Shown here in pieces: positions 30,877-32,000 of a stretch of DNA of 32,000 nt (position 1 is its first letter; every line of letters starts with the position of its first letter). Below the pieces are notes generated by a model that saw only the letters and a program-made list of their open reading frames with translations, did no database searches and was not told where the DNA came from. The position numbers were made by a program, and so were the translations under genes. The stretch is from Candidatus Saccharimonadota bacterium (GTDB lineage Bacteria > Patescibacteriota > Saccharimonadia > Saccharimonadales > Saccharimonadaceae): the NCBI GenBank assembly GCA_049296095.1, contig JBAQRV010000001.1, positions 630,001 to 662,000 of the forward strand, written 5' to 3'.

Positions 30877-31926
30877 ATGAAGAAAACAAAAAAGTCTCAG
30901 CGAGTGCCATTTTTTAAACGCAAACCATTTTTGTGGACAGTTGGTATTATTCTCGGGATTATCCTTGTCGTCGTAGTAGCCTTTAGGGTGAGCCCATTTC
31001 CTGGTGCTTTTGTGATTCGGGCTGTCTTTGATCAAGATGCGCAAAAGAAATTGGTCGCTCTCGAGGCACATAAGCCATCGACGCTCATTACAGTTTTAAA
31101 AGATCAGCAATACAGTGAGGGCGATAATGATGCTAAACTTGATGTCTATATCCCTCAGGCAAAGGTCGCCGATGGCGCAAAGTTGCCGATCATTATTTGG
31201 ACCCACGGTGGCGCCTGGATATCGGGCGATAAGGCAAATGCTGGCCCATACTTCGAACTGTTGGCTGAAAAGGGATTCGTTGTTGTGTCAGTGAATTACA
31301 CGCTGGCGCCAAACAAGACCTATCCAACTCAAATTCATCAGTTGAACGCAGCGCATGCATATATTAAGGCTCATGCTGAGAGCTTTTATGGTGATCCAAA
31401 TAAGATTATTCTCGCCGGGGATTCGGCTGGAGCACAGCTATCGAGTCAGATGGCGACGATTATTACTAATCCGTCGTATGCAACCGAAGTGGGGGTGGTG
31501 CCTTCGCTTGCGAAGTCGGATCTAGCGGCGGTTGTCTTATTCTGTGGCATATACAAAATGGAAGGATTGACCCATCCTGAGGAGAATCTCTCCAAACTTA
31601 TTAGTTGGGGCGATGATGTGACGGTGTGGTCGTATACAGGCTCAAGGGATAAGAATGCACCATCAATTCGTCAGATGTCTGCCTATTATCATGTTGATAG
31701 TAACTTCCCAAAGACCTTTATTAGTGGGGGCAATAACGATCCATTGACGGATGTGCAATCAAAGCCTATGGCCGATAAGCTGACCTCACTGGGCGTAGAG
31801 GTGACGAGCTTGTTTTATCCAGCTGACCATCAGCCAGCTTTGCCGCATGAATATCAGTTCAATCTCGATAATGACGATGGTATGAACGCACTCATGCAAG
31901 TACAGGATTTTGTCGCTGGGCTGTAG
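30877..31926 (+). CDS. membrane-anchored alpha/beta hydrolase (esterase/lipase, HGG-type)
   Basis: N-terminal TM helix, oxyanion motif WTHGGAW, nucleophile elbow GDSAGA, and late Asp/His region. TGcTATATT (30862-30870) ends 6 nt before the ATG. Confidence 0.8.
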   Translation: MKKTKKSQRVPFFKRKPFLWTVGIILGIILVVVVAFRVSPFPGAFVIRAVFDQDAQKKLVALEAHKPSTLITVLKDQQYSEGDNDAKLDVYIPQAKVADGAKLPIIIWTHGGAWISGDKANAGPYFELLAEKGFVVVSVNYTLAPNKTYPTQIHQLNAAHAYIKAHAESFYGDPNKIILAGDSAGAQLSSQMATIITNPSYATEVGVVPSLAKSDLAAVVLFCGIYKMEGLTHPEENLSKLISWGDDVTVWSYTGSRDKNAPSIRQMSAYYHVDSNFPKTFISGGNNDPLTDVQSKPMADKLTSLGVEVTSLFYPADHQPALPHEYQFNLDNDDGMNALMQVQDFVAGL

Positions 31927-31929
31927 GCC

Positions 31930-32000
31930 CTAGTTGAAGCGCTCTGTTTTGATCGAAGATAATGGAATGCCAATCGTCTGTAGGGCATCATTGACGGCGC
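31930..32000 (-). CDS. possible 3' end of a minus-strand gene running out of the window
   Basis: The reverse frame reads ...AVNDALQTIGIPLSSIKTERFN* with its stop at 31930-31932. Only 23 codons are visible, so no functional call is possible. Confidence 0.3.
   Translation of the reverse strand, partial: AVNDALQTIGIPLSSIKTERFN

Noticed and set aside
1-32000. CRISPR arrays, rRNA genes, tmRNA/RNase P/SRP RNAs and long tandem repeats
   Set aside because: Reading all intergenic regions longer than 40 bp showed only promoters, CIRCE sites, tRNAs and hairpins. There is no repeat-spacer periodicity and no recognisable conserved RNA core.

Overview
Gene-dense (about 90% coding) bacterial chromosome segment with very short or overlapping gene junctions. 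By inference from gene content, it most likely comes from a reduced-genome Patescibacteria/CPR organism such as Saccharibacteria (TM7): DUF5652, MurT/GatD, ComEC, and short forms of HrcA, GrpE and TilS. No database search was possible. Core content: bcp, tilS, ftsH, murJ, lepA, an adenylate-kinase-like gene, hrcA-grpE, dnaK, dnaJ, a RimB-like protease with rimK and DUF192, comEC, gatD-murT, a membrane-anchored double-ring Clp-type AAA+ ATPase, four tRNAs (Lys-UUU, His-GUG, Gly-UCC, Arg-UCU), a second ATP-grasp enzyme with DUF5652, PadR-DUF1048, a DUF348/G5/3D cell-wall protein and an alpha/beta hydrolase. The heat-shock locus is split into three units (hrcA-grpE / dnaK / dnaJ), each with its own CIRCE operator built into the promoter. 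The two gaps hold accessory DNA. This includes three small minus-strand genes of clearly foreign (high-GC) composition driven by native-looking promoters, a GNAT acetyltransferase, an Asn/Thr-rich secreted protein and a SemiSWEET transporter. About ten genes have a -10 box 6-8 nt before the ATG and no Shine-Dalgarno, suggesting leaderless mRNAs. No rRNA, CRISPR array, transposase or integrase was found. The most unusual candidates are the foreign-GC orphan genes (one with a promoter-terminator-SD leader) and the small membrane protein coupled to a membrane-tethered Clp-like ATPase. All functional calls rest on motifs read by eye.
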